Source: Rhodosorus marinus CCMP1338 (taxonomy: Eukaryota; Plantae; Rhodophyta). Taken from it: DNA of 64,000 bases. Under the pieces are notes generated by a model. It saw nothing but the letters and a program-made list of their open reading frames with translations, searched no databases and was not told the origin of the DNA. This document shows positions 34,837 through 47,127 of this stretch, piece after piece (position 1 is the stretch's first letter; each line of letters opens with the position of its first letter). The DNA lies in assembly GCA_029953675.1 (NCBI GenBank), contig JAMWBK010000005.1, positions 3,123,198-3,187,197 of the forward strand. The letters are read 5' to 3'. The position numbers and the translations under genes were made by a program.

Positions 34837-37800
34837 ATGTCTGAGTCTTTTAGGGAACATTGCGAGCTTCCTGCTTTCTTTTCGAGCCCAGGTAGCTTTG
34901 AAGACTGGCGTTCTCGCCTTTTCTCTTGGTTCGAAGGGTTCGTTGGGCGTTTTCCTTCTGGGGATATCCCTCTTTGCCATCGTTCGCCCCCAGTCTCTCT
35001 CCCTCATCGCTTGCGCGGCAGGGTTTCTTTTTTTTTTTTTGGATTTCCTGCTTATGGAGGTGGCCGACCATCCTCAAGCAGCACTTGGTTGGGAGCTTTT
35101 GTTTGTTTTTCCTCCGCTAGTGCTCACGGTCCCCCAGGGGCGCCATGCATGTCCAATTAGACGCAAAGTTCAGTCTTTTCTGGCGGGGAACTTTGCTTTC
35201 TTGGAATTTTTACACCTTGCTAGTGTTTCTTCTTCCTCTTCGTGCGGCACTTCACCTTCTTCTCGTTCCCGTAGGCAGGTACGGGCAAAGGCAGCAGTGT
35301 GCTGCCTTGGCACAGGGGGAATATCGGACGGCCATCCTTCAGCAAGGCGCTTCAGTCGAGCCTTATCGGACTGACCTGGCTGATCCAGTCGCCGTGTTGT
35401 TCCCAGCGCGACGTGAGTTGGAATTCTGAGTTCCAGCGTGTCTTAGATCCTTTTGTCGATTCCTCACTCGGTAGGGCTCGGTTGCTTGTCCCGCCTGATG
35501 AGGTTCTGGCTCTGCTTAGGTCCGCTCCGAAAGGTCGTGCACCTGGTCCACTCAAGACTCCGGATCGAACTTTTTCACTGGTTGGGTGAAGAGGGGCTGG
35601 ACGCCCTCGCGCGGGTACTGGAGGGTCTTGTCAAGGGGGGCGATTTTTGCGCAGAGGCCTGGGCACTATTGTCGCGCTCCCAAGTGGTCCTCTTGCCCAA
35701 GGCTGGACATTCAGACCAGACGCCTTCCTTTCGCCCAATCGGGATGTGCGAAGCATTGCGGAAGCTGGCGAGCCGCTTTCTATCCCGTCAGCTCACTAGG
35801 GAGGCCAGGTTTTTTTTTGGGTTGACCCAGGTCGGTGTCGGCTATTCAGGAGGCTGTGAACTGGTGACGCGCATCCTGCAACTGGACGGTCTCCGCGATG
35901 AGCCCTTGCGCACGCTTTCGGTGAATTTCGGCAACGCGTTTAACAGTGTGTCGCAAGCACACGCGCTTGAGGTAGTTCGTTAGCTCTTCCCCTCTGGCTT
36001 CCAGTTCCTACGTCGCGTATATGGTGAAGCGCCAAGCGGGCCCCGATTTGTCACCTTAGGTGCCGAGAGCCACAACTTTGCGGCTCATACGGGTGTGCAG
36101 CAGGTCGATCCCTTAGGGCCGTTCCTGCACGCCTGTGGATTGCAACTGGTGCTGTTGCGGATGAAACATCAGTTCCCGCGGGTCCGTGCAGACGCCTTCC
36201 ATGACGATGTGACGCTCCTTGGCACCCCTGACGATGTGGTGCCGGCCTACGATTTTCTTGGCGAGGTGGCTTCCTTGGTGGGGCTGCGTATAAACCATGC
36301 CAAGTGCGATTTTGGGCGGGATCTCACTGCACCGCGGACGCGGTTCCATCCAGGTTTCGAGACATTTGGTCCGCTGAGGGCTTCCTCCTGTTCGGTGTCC
36401 CCGTGGGCACCCCGATATTTGTCGAACGCACCCTCTCCGCGCTACTGAGTCATCACGATGAGCTCCTGACTGAGCTTTGCAGTCTCCCAGAAGGGTATCT
36501 CCAGACCGCTCTGCTCATCTTCCGCTTCAGCGCGTGTCAGAGGCTGACCGATTTTTTGCGGCAGCTACCATCCGAGTGGGGGTCTTGGCTGCCGCTCCGC
36601 GCAGACCAACGAGCGAGGGATGTGCTAGGCATTCTGATGGATGCTGAGCTGTCTGTATTGGGGGATGTAGAAAAGGACCTGCTTCACCGACAGATCACAT
36701 TGCCCGTGCGGTTGGGCGGCCTGGCCGTGGCATCCTACCCGGCGATCCAGCCGGCCGCTGTGGTGAGTTCGTGGGCGAATGCGCTTAATACGTGGTCTAC
36801 GGAGCGTGATCCGCATGTGAGTGGTTTCTTGAGAGGGCTTCGGGTTGGGAGGCTGGATGCGACTCTCGCCTTGCCCTGCGGCTCGGTTTTTTTTTTTGCG
36901 GAACTGGAAGCGGCTTCTCAACGATGTACTGCCCTACCGATTGGTACCCAGGCTCGTTGCAATTCCTGGGGGGCAAATTCTTGACTCACTCAACGGCCAG
37001 CATTCGGGAGTTTCTGCTGCAGCGCCGTGTGTTGTAAATGGTGTAGAAACTGACGAGGATATGGACGCGGTGGCTGTGCCGTCGAGAACCCCTGAGGAGG
37101 GCGTTCCCCGGTCGGGTCCGGCCCCTTCGAGGACCGATGTAATCCAAAAAACCCCTTCGTGGGACATACATTGGGACTCGTATGCCCCCCTTCTGAGTTC
37201 ACCTTCCTGCTCGGCTTCGACTTTAGCTCGACTGCGCGGTTTGGGGGGGAGTCTCAGCTCCTGCTTCTTCACGGTCATACCTGCGTATCCGCGGTTAGCG
37301 CTCGCCGATCTCGAACTTCGTGTAAGCTTACGACGGCACCTGGGGTTGCCGCAACCCCCTTGGCCTGTTGCGCGGGATTCTAGATTTGCATGGGTCGGGG
37401 CAAATGGGCTTTGGGGTGATTATGGTGCGCACTTGTTGGCGTCTTGTGCGGAGGTTCAAGGGGCCCGGACCAGACGCCATATGCGGCTCAACCGCTTGAT
37501 TTTCCGCTACCTTCGTTCTCAATCGCTCGGTACGGACCGAGAAGTGGAGTATGAGGTCCCTCTGGCGGTGGCATCGGAAATTGCGGACGAGAGTGACGCC
37601 TCAGCGGTACAGCGGGTGGCGGATCTCGTTGTGTCTGATCTAAATGCGCGTCGCAGTGAGTACATTGACATATACATCCCTTGTCCTCAGGCGAGCAGGG
37701 ACCGAGACGTGGGGTATGAGGTCCCTCTGGCGGTGGCATCGGAAATTGCTGATGAGAGTGACGCCCCAGCGGTCCAGCGGGTAGCGGATCTCGTTGTGTC

Positions 37801-38346
37801 TGACCTAAATGCGCGTCGCAGTGAGTACATTGACATATACATCCCTTGTCCTCAGGCGAGCAGGGACCGAGACGTGGGGTATGAGGTCCCTCTGGCGGTG
37901 GCATCGGAAATTGCTGATGAGAGTGACGCCCCAGCGGTCCAGCGGGTAGCGGATCTCGTTGTGTCTGACCTAAATGCGCGTCGCAGTGAGTACATTGACC
38001 TCTCCATCCCTTGTACTCAGGCGACCAGGTACCTGCCTGCGTCCGCTCGGCGTCGAGGAGCTGCAGCTCGGTCCATGCGGCGTGTGAAAGAATCGCAGAA
38101 TGCGGCAGCGATGTCAAACCCTACCTTTCTCGATTCGGCGGTGACATACCGGTTTGTCCCCTTCATTATTGAATGCTTTGGCTTGATAGATAGTGTAGGT
38201 TCTCGCTGGCGCGAGATATCTTTCGCAACGACCCAGGGCGTCTAGATAGTCTGCTCACGGAGCTTTCTTTGACCCTGCGGCGGTCAAATACTGCTTTGTT
38301 TGTAGACAGTCGTCATCTCCGCGTTGTCCCTCGCTTCTCAGGGTAG
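34837..38346 (+). pseudogene. CRE-C ORF2 (RT plus REL), decayed
   Basis: RPIGMCEALRK, VNFGNAFN, QQVDPLGP, FHDD, LPVRLGG, HLLASC, RHMR, VADL and FIIECFG motifs across several frames. Confidence 0.88.
37534..38024 (+). repeat. In-frame 165-bp (55-aa) tandem triplication inside the CRE-C endonuclease
   Basis: Units start at 37534, 37699 and 37864, each encoding ..YEVPLAVASEIADESDA.AVQRVADLVVSDLNARRSEYID... Confidence 0.93.
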
Positions 38347-38379
38347 TTAGCCTCTGAATAAACGTGATGATGATTATCC

Positions 38380-39185
38380 CTTCGCGGAAGCAGCAACAAT
38401 CCTCTTACGCCGCCAACAGAATCAATACTCTTTGGCTAAGGCCAATTTACTTTACGCCCACGAACGACAACGATTCTACTATGATCGAGGCAAGAAGGAT
38501 GTGCAGTTTCAGGCGGGCAACTATGTTCTCTTATCCGCACAAAACCTACAAATACCCGGTTCTAAAGTTTTCAGACCTCGCTTCATAGGACCGTTTACAA
38601 TTTTACGGAAAATTGGCAACCTCGCATAGAAGCTGGAGTTTCCGGGAGGTTCTCACATGCTTGATGTTTTTCATGTATCGTTATTACGGAAATTCAATGG
38701 ACCAGAGCCTGAGACTTCTCAAGTAGTTACTGCCTTACTACCAACCGTACCTCAGCGGGAAGTGAAGTCAGTTTTGGAATCGTCCAGGTGAAAAGAACCT
38801 GAGTGAGTACGATGTCTACTTGGGAGGTGAAACCATAGATGACTCGCGCTGGCTGCCCAGGCTCGCAACACCAAGCAGCAGATTCCATACTACTGTAATT
38901 TCCAAAAGGTAACTTCTTCTTCATCAGCCCGGAAGTTTTCTCCTGCGGTGGGAGGAGATGTCACGTCCTGAAGAAACAACCCGTTAGCATGGCCAGAGGG
39001 CTAAACTTAGCATGGTTGGAGTGCTAAACATAGCATGCACGGAGGTCTAAACTGGCGCAACTGGAGAAAGATATCCTATAAATACGGAAGTTACGACGTC
39101 CCAGCACGGTTCTAGAGTGAGAGAGAAGGTGTCCAAGATACATGGAAGAAAAAAAAAACTTAAAAAGGTATTTGGATCTTGAACA
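38380..39185 (+). mobile_element. Second Gypsy 3' fragment (integrase C-terminus, PPT, start of LTR)
   Basis: RPRFIGPFTILRKIG and DVFHVSLLRK motifs; GGTGGGAGGAGA followed by TGTCACG at 38959. Confidence 0.75.
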
Positions 39186-39316
39186 TGCGTCTAGATAGTC
39201 TGCTCACGGAGCTTTCTTTGACCCTGCGGTGCTCAAATGCTGCCTTGTTTGTAGACGCGCGTCATCAGCGTCTTGTCTCTCGCTTCTCACGGTAGTTAGG
39301 CTCTGAATAAACGGAT
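39186..39316 (+). mobile_element. CRE-C 3' terminal fragment
   Basis: GCGTCTAGATAGTCTGCTCACGG...GGTAGTTAGGCTCTGAATAAACGGA. Confidence 0.82.
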
Positions 39317-40308
39317 CATCAACACGCGTTCTACGCAGAAAGTGATATTATGCAAAAACCAAATGACAGCCTGTCTCTAAATGAATAGCCTTCTAGAAGC
39401 TAAACTTATTAGATTTAGGATATACTCTCGCATTTGCTCAGCCGGAGAAAGGGTAAACAAATACCGTAGATACGACTTCAGTATTGGTTTAGCGAGAAAG
39501 AAGAGGACACAGCAAGGTTAATTGGGGAATAGATTAAAGGTTGTCGTCTAGAGCTAGACTAATTAATTGAGAAGAGAAAGCAAGAGAAAGTGTGGTGGTA
39601 TTGGACATAGGGTCCTATACTCTAAGACCCCAGGTATAGTGTATACTCTAGAGGTGAGTGAATGAGGACCGTCCATCGTAGTCCGAGACTACTAAAGTTA
39701 GAGTACTTAGAATTCATTGTTCATGGGGTCAGATACACAAATAAAGGAAGGTGCTACCGCTGTTTGGGAAAAGGTTACTAACAGAGGCAATTTTCTACAT
39801 GGTCTCATCGCTAGTGCGATCACAAATACCTTTGTGCGATGGAAACCAGAGTCAGTTTGGCTGAGAGGGATCACCGAGTTTATCAAGGGTGGGTATCGGT
39901 GTCCTGTTGTTGATGAGGCGGGAAGTAAACGCCTCACGACCCCCTCCCCCCCCACCCCCGACCCACCGCGGTTCTCGCCCAAAGCTGTATATACTACGCA
40001 GCGAGGCGCGGGCAAGTGCAAAATATTTTTTTAACCCTATGGTTGCTTTGCCCGGTGGTGGGGGGTAATTAGTTGATTTCCTGCCCAAGCGTAGTAGATG
40101 AAGGAAAGTGGGAAACAACTATTGTCACGAAATGGGTATGAAGGGAGGTCGGATGGATGGTCGCGCGGAGGGGGGGAGAGGGGGAACTGGGATTATGCTA
40201 GTCTTGGGATTGAGATGGTAAGGGCTTACCATCTCAACTGGATTGGTTGTTGAGGCATGAGGCTGTTTTTAAAGTTGAAGATATGATGATAGAGATTCTG
40301 GAGTAAGG

Positions 40309-41133
40309 ATGGCGGGGGAAGATGTGGTGAACCTGACCGGGGTTCCGGAGACGATGCTTTGGACGCTTCACAATCGAGCTGATGAGGCGCGGAGAACTGA
40401 TGGGTTCGTAAAGGATGATTTGTGTTTGAATATCTATGAATCAATAGACTATGACTACGTGAGAAGCTTCGGACGACCGGATTCCTCGCACGGATGGAGG
40501 TCGAGTCAATTGGACGAGTGGTTAAGGAAATGGATCGACCGAAACGACGGGGGAATTGTCATAGAACTTGGCGCTGGGCTGGAGACGCAGTTCTACAGGG
40601 TAATGGATGATCGAATTCGCTGGTATGCGGTCGATGTTCCCGAGGCTATGGCCGTGAGAGAAAAGTATATTCCGGCACACGAAAGGCTTGTAAATATAGG
40701 GAAAAGCGCGCTGGACTATACCTGGCTCGACGATGTTCCAGAGGGAAAGGACGGCAAGGCATTTGTCAGCATGCAAGGATTGCTGATGTACTTCCGCGAA
40801 GAGGACGTCAGGCAACTATTTCCGACGGTCTTGGCCAAGTACCCCAATGCCACTCTAGTTTTCGATGTGATTCCGAGATGGTTTTCTGATATGACGGTGA
40901 AAGGATTGTCAAAAACCAAGCACTACATGGTTCCGCCGATGCCATGGGGAATCTCACGAAAAGAGATCGAGCCTTTTATGGAAGAATTGTTCCCAGGAGC
41001 TCAGATCTCCTTCATGGCGTACAAGATTCGGTTCCAGTGGGGGGGAATGTATTTACTTTTCCAGCTCTTGGCTTCCCTCCGGTTTATTGACGTGCCTTTA
41101 ATCCTTGCCCTTTCAAAGGACGGAGATCGATAG
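40309..41133 (+). CDS. Class I SAM-dependent methyltransferase, LCM/TcmP-like, paralog 2
   Basis: 274 aa, intact, closely similar to 20915-21736. Confidence 0.9.
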   Translation: MAGEDVVNLTGVPETMLWTLHNRADEARRTDGFVKDDLCLNIYESIDYDYVRSFGRPDSSHGWRSSQLDEWLRKWIDRNDGGIVIELGAGLETQFYRVMDDRIRWYAVDVPEAMAVREKYIPAHERLVNIGKSALDYTWLDDVPEGKDGKAFVSMQGLLMYFREEDVRQLFPTVLAKYPNATLVFDVIPRWFSDMTVKGLSKTKHYMVPPMPWGISRKEIEPFMEELFPGAQISFMAYKIRFQWGGMYLLFQLLASLRFIDVPLILALSKDGDR

Positions 41134-42104
41134 AGTGGCTTTGGTCCCGAACCCAAACACGATCGGTGTGTACGAGGCTAGGCGACCAAACTCGTCAGCT
41201 TTTTATTGTTCCCGCACACCGGGCTTCCACCTCCCGGTTAGGGGAAACGTTGAATTCTCTACCGAGCGTGGTAAAATCCGAAATATTCCCCACCTTTAAT
41301 ATTCCCCCGCATACATCTGGCTACGAAAACCCGAGCGGACCTAAATATAAAATGCAGTAAGCTTATTAGCTCAGCTGTCCTCAAATTCGGACATCATCAC
41401 TGGACAGCATTAAAACGAGTCGCTCGGTATTTAAAGCATACTCAATTGCGAACAGTGTTAAAATAGCTTCAGCCCTTTTGAAGATTTTCACTGCCTTTAT
41501 TATCTAGCGTAGGGGCAGACTTGGGCATCATGGCTAGACCACTTTTATCTGTTGTTTGCTTACACTCCATCTTTTGCAGAGCGTGTTGTTGTCCCGGGAA
41601 GATCGGGAGCACCCCTCGAGCTCCGGAACATTCCTTGGAAATCTCGACCCAATAGCCTTTATACGGCAGCTCTCTGCTGAAGTACAACTCTTTCGTGGGG
41701 TGCTGCGACCGAGGCAGGAAATCTGCAATGCAAAGAGGGGTTTACGTTAGTGGTGGCAGAGGTTGGTCGGGCAGTTCCTATTCGACGTCGATTGTTTAGC
41801 CATCCCTGACCCAGTGTTCGGGGTGTACTTCAGACGGGTGTCCGGCATTGGAAGACGTCCAGACGCTGGCTATCTGAAGGGGGGAGAGATGCTAGCTACA
41901 GATGGGGATGTGGTGGGATGGGAATATAGATGCAGCAGTTGCCCGATTAAGAGCTAACGCAGTAGGTGCTTTTACTATTGATGTTTCAAGGAAAGTTCTA
42001 CGTAGGGTTGAGCTGCTTTTCAGAAGCTTAGGCGACCTAAAATCACATACGAGCCAACGTAGGTGGATTCATAGTGCGCGTCAAGGACAGACGTGATAGG
42101 TCGC

Positions 42105-43745
42105 CTAAGATTCTGGGGCGAGCTTTTCAATCACATACGTGCCGACGGGAATGCCTTCAAAGTGCTCGTCCAGAAGAGACGTGATAGGGCGCCTTTCTCC
42201 TGGTGCATAGGGCATATTTCCAGACGTAAATGAATCACCCGCGTCTGTCCCAGCGTCGTAAGCGCCTAGCGAACCCTCAAGGCGGTCGACAAATTCTCCC
42301 GCGACGACATCGCAAGCGTTGATCTTGGAAAACCCGCTGAACCAGTCCGGGCTCGGCGCGAGCATCGCTATACCCGATAGGTAGGATCGAGTGGTGTGGA
42401 CCTCCAGGGCGTAAATCCTCGTCTCCGTCCCACTTGAACCTGAGGGATCCACAGCCCTCTGGAAAACATTGCGGTAGTTTTCCGCCTTGAGCTCATTCAC
42501 CAAAGCGGATGTAGCCCCAGTCTCAGCGACCATCTGCACACCCTCCGACGCGTACCCAAGCTCCGCCCACAATGTGTATTCAAGACCGTGACTAACGAGA
42601 GCGAAGGGTGATATGTTTCCGCCCGGAGGATAGGAGTTTGGATGAGTTGCCGAACTCCAGCTCCAGGTCAGGGTCACCTTGTAGGTAACCTTACCCTTAC
42701 ACGGGAATCGGAGGAACACAGGCGAACGCGACGATGATGCGTCGCATACGCCTTCGGCTGCCTCTAAAGCATTAATGGCGGAAGGTGGAAGGCAGTCTTT
42801 CCCAAGGTCTCCAAGACACTCTGAGTAGTTGCCTATCTCGTTGCAACAGGTCTCGATCACCGCTTCGTCACCTGCAAGGACGGCAGCTAGGCAGGTTGGG
42901 CGGATGAACACGCCGCAGTCGGCTACAATCTCACAGCTTGTTGGTTCCGGAGTCGGCTTGGCCTCGCAGATACTCTGCCCAAGCGTCAATATCTCAAGAT
43001 TCGCTTGATACGCGGCCTCTACGATCGGATTCTCACACTCTACCTCGTTGAATTCCAGGCAGGAGAGCGTTGAAGCAACCTCGTTGCAGCATGGTAAGAG
43101 CCCTTCAATCTCTTGATCAATAATCGCTTCCAGTGCCGCACTGTAACATTGAGGCCTTATGAATGATGCACAATTAGCGATGACTTCAAGGCAGTTATCG
43201 TCCGGCGTCGGGAACGGCGATGGTACTGCGGTAGGAATACCTACACACTTCTCAAGACCGGCAGCGACAGAGTTGAATGCCGTGTCGGGAAGACACTGCT
43301 CAGTAAGATCTATACCGATACAGTCTACCATGTCAATCAGCTCCTGGCAGCAGCCCTCAACTTCGTCCGGATTTCCCGCTTCCAACGTCTCTTCACATCT
43401 AGATGTGATGAGAGTCCCACAGCTAAGGACTGGAACGAAGCAAGACTTGATCTCAAGAGCGTTACAGAAAGTTTCACCCTCCAGAACAGGTGCGGCGAAC
43501 TCCCCAACAACCTCAAGAAGGCATTTCTCTGCAGAATCACCGAGGCACGTGAAAATTTTTTTGGTCTGATCGCAGCAGGGTATGATGCCTTCCTCGTTAC
43601 CCTCCACAAGCTCAGCCATACACTCCTCCGTGATGAACGGGAGACAATCCTTCACGATCCCACACTCTTCGCTAACGTTGCCAGGGTCGCCAATCACAAA
43701 GCTTACGAGCAGCAGAGCTGCCATAATACTAACTTTCACCGCCAT
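42105..43745 (-). CDS. Secreted protein: signal peptide, four 8-Cys repeats and a C-terminal Spondin_N domain
   Basis: Hydrophobic N-terminus; repeats of the form C-x5/7-C-x7-C-xn-CC-x9-C-xn-C-xn-C; Spondin_N motifs H...Y.LW..LGYASEGVQMVAETG, MLAPSPDWFSG and AYDAGTD. Confidence 0.88.
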   Translation of the reverse strand: MAVKVSIMAALLLVSFVIGDPGNVSEECGIVKDCLPFITEECMAELVEGNEEGIIPCCDQTKKIFTCLGDSAEKCLLEVVGEFAAPVLEGETFCNALEIKSCFVPVLSCGTLITSRCEETLEAGNPDEVEGCCQELIDMVDCIGIDLTEQCLPDTAFNSVAAGLEKCVGIPTAVPSPFPTPDDNCLEVIANCASFIRPQCYSAALEAIIDQEIEGLLPCCNEVASTLSCLEFNEVECENPIVEAAYQANLEILTLGQSICEAKPTPEPTSCEIVADCGVFIRPTCLAAVLAGDEAVIETCCNEIGNYSECLGDLGKDCLPPSAINALEAAEGVCDASSSRSPVFLRFPCKGKVTYKVTLTWSWSSATHPNSYPPGGNISPFALVSHGLEYTLWAELGYASEGVQMVAETGATSALVNELKAENYRNVFQRAVDPSGSSGTETRIYALEVHTTRSYLSGIAMLAPSPDWFSGFSKINACDVVAGEFVDRLEGSLGAYDAGTDAGDSFTSGNMPYAPGERRPITSLLDEHFEGIPVGTYVIEKLAPES

Positions 43746-45735
43746 GATTTACTCAGTGTACATTCCTATCTAGATCGACTTCAGCGCGCGACTAAACTTG
43801 AATGAGCTTCAGTTGAGCGCGCATTTTATACCAAGTCAGGTAGTAAGAAGACTCAATTCCAGATCAGTGTGTCTCCCCTATGGAGGGTGTTGCTTCCGTG
43901 AGTGACATGCGGAATTCACGAGATACCGGCCGCCATCGGAAGTAGACGGACCAAAACGAACTGATTTGAGTGTGTGATCTGATCTCCTGGGTTATTGCCG
44001 GACTCGCAAAGACGGTGTGTCCGTAGAGCAGGTTGATGATCTGGTGGTTAATGACCTCATTTCTATTGCCGCGTAGGGACCCAAAAATCCCGGGCAGTAG
44101 CGCAGATCTCGCGGTTGGAACTATAAACACTCCAAACTGAGAACTGTCATTGTCAACCACATATGGTGCCGCTGCTCGGAAGAGCTAAAATAGAGCGGTA
44201 AACGGGAAGAGCCTCGATCTTTTCGCTCCAGGCCACCGTGGTTGGAGGCCGACCGCCGTGTATTTTGATTCGCATGGCTTCCGACGATAACTCACCCCCG
44301 AATTGCAACTGCTATGGCAGTTGCAATTCTACGGCATATCATCAACCATTTTGCGGATTTGCTGAGTGGAGAGCCTAGGCAGGTAGGACCTTCCAACGGG
44401 GTCTGAAAGCAATGAAACCTTCCGTTACCTGAGCTTGTGAACGGCTTGCTGGCTTCTTACGCAGCTTCCTATTGTCCTCGCCGTGATCGAGGTAAAAGCC
44501 CCATCGGGTAAACCAGAAAAACCACCAGCTCGACAAGAACAAAGAGGCGCAGGACACACAACAAGTGCACCATTGTTAATAATAATATTATTATTAACAC
44601 GTTTTTCAGAACCCGATTAAGTTAAATAACCAGACATGGTATGCCCTATTCACCGCACGGACGATTTTGGATGTATAAGAGAAAAAAATAGATAGAAACA
44701 TTGATTATACGATCCTGAGATCCCTGAAATGAACTATCGAATTTTTCGTCTATTGAGGAGAATTGCGATGCTGCCAGCCTGATGTCCTTTGCCAAGTCCA
44801 CATGCTAGGATCGTTGCCGTTGTTCGGGGTGCTGACCCGGCCTCGTCAGGCTATTTTGGGAATGATCTAGGTGCTCGTACCGAACTTCAAGCCCCCGTGA
44901 GGAGCAAATGTTGAGGAAGCGACACGAGAGAACGAGCACAACACACGGCGAGGCAACCGTCCAAATGACCCACGTGTAAACAGAGAATAAAACCGCATAC
45001 CGAATGCACTGGGTTGACCCGAGGATGGTAGACACTCGTGGTGTGACTTCCGCAGGTCGTCGTGCGAGATACTGCCATTTGAATGAATCTACCGAAGCGC
45101 GTACGGCACAACTATCACGAAGGAGAGATCCAATCCGGTCTACCAGTCAACACCACCAAAAACCGTCCCGGCAAACGATCCCCCCGTCGTTGGCCGTGAC
45201 GGTAGTCTTGGAGACGAATCGAACCTTTCAACGAAGTGCCCACCAACCAGCACTGAGCCCAACCTCTCTCTCTCGCTCGGTTCGCTTATCCGTTGACACT
45301 TAACCGCGGGTGGATGTCGGTAGGAAAGCACACGAACCCGTTCCGGACTGAGGTGGTCTCCGGCCCGGGTCGTGCACGGAATTTTTCGAAGTTTTTCCTT
45401 TTGACGTGATGGGGTTTCATGACATAAACGAATCATTTCGTTCGGAGATTCACACAAAAACACTGCTGAAGACATAAACGGACGTAGTTCACATAGTGAA
45501 TTAGCCGGCTTTAATAGCATGTATTTTATTACATGCTAATAAAGCCAATTAGCCGGAGGTAGCGCCTGTCCCCGGGTGCTCAGGGAAACTGAGAATTTTG
45601 GGTTTGAAGATCCCGTTGGATTTCCGGAGTATTCCGTGAGCATCCCAACCTTGCCTCCTCACCGTTTACTCGTTTGAGTCTCTTATTGTGGCCTTATGAA
45701 AGAATGAATTTGTTCAATCGCCGCTTGTGTTCAGT

Positions 45736-46293
45736 GGCATTCTTCCCTTTCACCCCTGTTTTTTTTTCAATATCCGAGTAGACACATTCGCATCGCTGCA
45801 GACAGTCCCACGTATATCTGTAAGGTTGGGTGGGAAACTCATGTCCCGACGTGGGGAGGAGAATGTAGAGATGGAGAATATTTCTCTTTTTCCCATACGC
45901 GAAGAACGAACAATTTCGACAAACCTTAAGGTGGAATTCGTTTACCCTCCACCACGCCAAAAACGGGTGTCCCCAGCATTCTGCGGAATCGCCTATGGAC
46001 TGGTAAATAATACCCACCAGCCCAGCGTCGAACCCGGCTTTCGACTTGGTGGGAACTCAGTGATTGGCAAGTACGTGTATATGCGATCATTGATTGGATA
46101 AACTGGAATGGAATTTGTTCAATACTATGATTAATTAATCAACACCTGGAAATATTCTCCGTCTCTACATTCCCGTGCCCACGTGGGGACATGAGTTTCC
46201 CACCCAACCTTACCGATATACGTGGGACTGAGTGAGCGATGCATGTGTCTATCTGGATATTGAAAAAAAACAGGGGCGAAAAGGAGGAATGCC
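45736..46293. repeat. Diverged inverted repeat (arms 45736-45884 and 46149-46293)
   Basis: e.g. TAAGGTTGGGTGGGAAACTCATGTCC versus GGACATGAGTTTCCCACCCAACCTTA. Confidence 0.8.
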
Positions 46294-46414
46294 ATTTACA
46301 TACCAAGTTTCTTCGTTTAGTCATATTTCTCTCACCGTTCTGTTTCCCTACGTATATCGAAATATTCCAGTATATTCCTATCGGCTGAACGGGCTGATTT
46401 CTAAGGTGGTAATG

Positions 46415-46510
46415 AAGGAATTAATTTGTTCAATCGGAAACTAGAAGAGAAAACCCCGAGGAGAAAAAACACTAAGCAGATCGCGCGCCTCTAACATTAA
46501 AGCAGCGGTC
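46415..46510 (-). mobile_element. Old CRE-B-like 3' terminus remnant
   Basis: AAAACCCCGAGGAGAAAAAACACTAAGC..CGCGCCTCTAACATTAAAGC resembles 13150-13215. Confidence 0.65.
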
Positions 46511-47127
46511 ACACGCACAAAACCCGACCTACTTAGCACAAACCTGGTACTAGGTTTTTTGGGGGTAGTATTGAATGTGTGGTATTGAATGAATGAATTC
46601 AGGGCCAGTTATACCGTAAATTCCAATTACCTACAGGAGCAATACAAAACCTTAATTTATTTAGTATTAGTATTGGATCTTGTCGTCCAAGAAACCCCCT
46701 CACGAAGAGTTGCTTGATAAGTCCAAAAAAATTTTCCCCCTGGCTTCTGTTTAGTAAGCCCTATCATATTCTACTCCGTCCTAGCCTATTTATACCCTCA
46801 GACTAGGCCTCTACGTTTCTCTCATCTAGACACAGTGCTATTTTTGGTAGCCATCTATGTTCTATTTTTGGTGTCGCAGTTGGCTACAGTTACCCCTTGC
46901 TCTCGCCTGGCCTGACGTCTCCCTGGCTTTCTCCGTTGTCAGCCAGGCCCTGATGGTGTCGTTCTGTTCGGCTACAACCGTGCGCCAACATTAGGGTTGT
47001 ACAATCGGCAGGTAATTGGAATTTACGGTATAAACCGGCAAACATGAAAAGGAACTCAATTTCGAGGGATTTTCCGGTAATTAGCGGTAATATCTGTAAT
47101 TGAATGAATTTTGTTTGGATGGATGGA

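Larger units (their letters stand above)
23988..38373 (+). mobile_element. CRE-C host element, originally full length, split by a Gypsy and a CRE-B insertion
   Basis: ORF1 pieces at ~24200-24760, 29447-30005 and 34768-34844 rejoin in frame when the inserts and TSDs are removed. ORF2 is at 34837-38346, with a (TGA)n tail at ~38364-38373. Confidence 0.8.

Noticed and set aside
43864-45700. Short ORFs between the Spondin gene and the inverted repeat
   Set aside because: No recognisable motif, consistent reading frame or convincing splice pattern.
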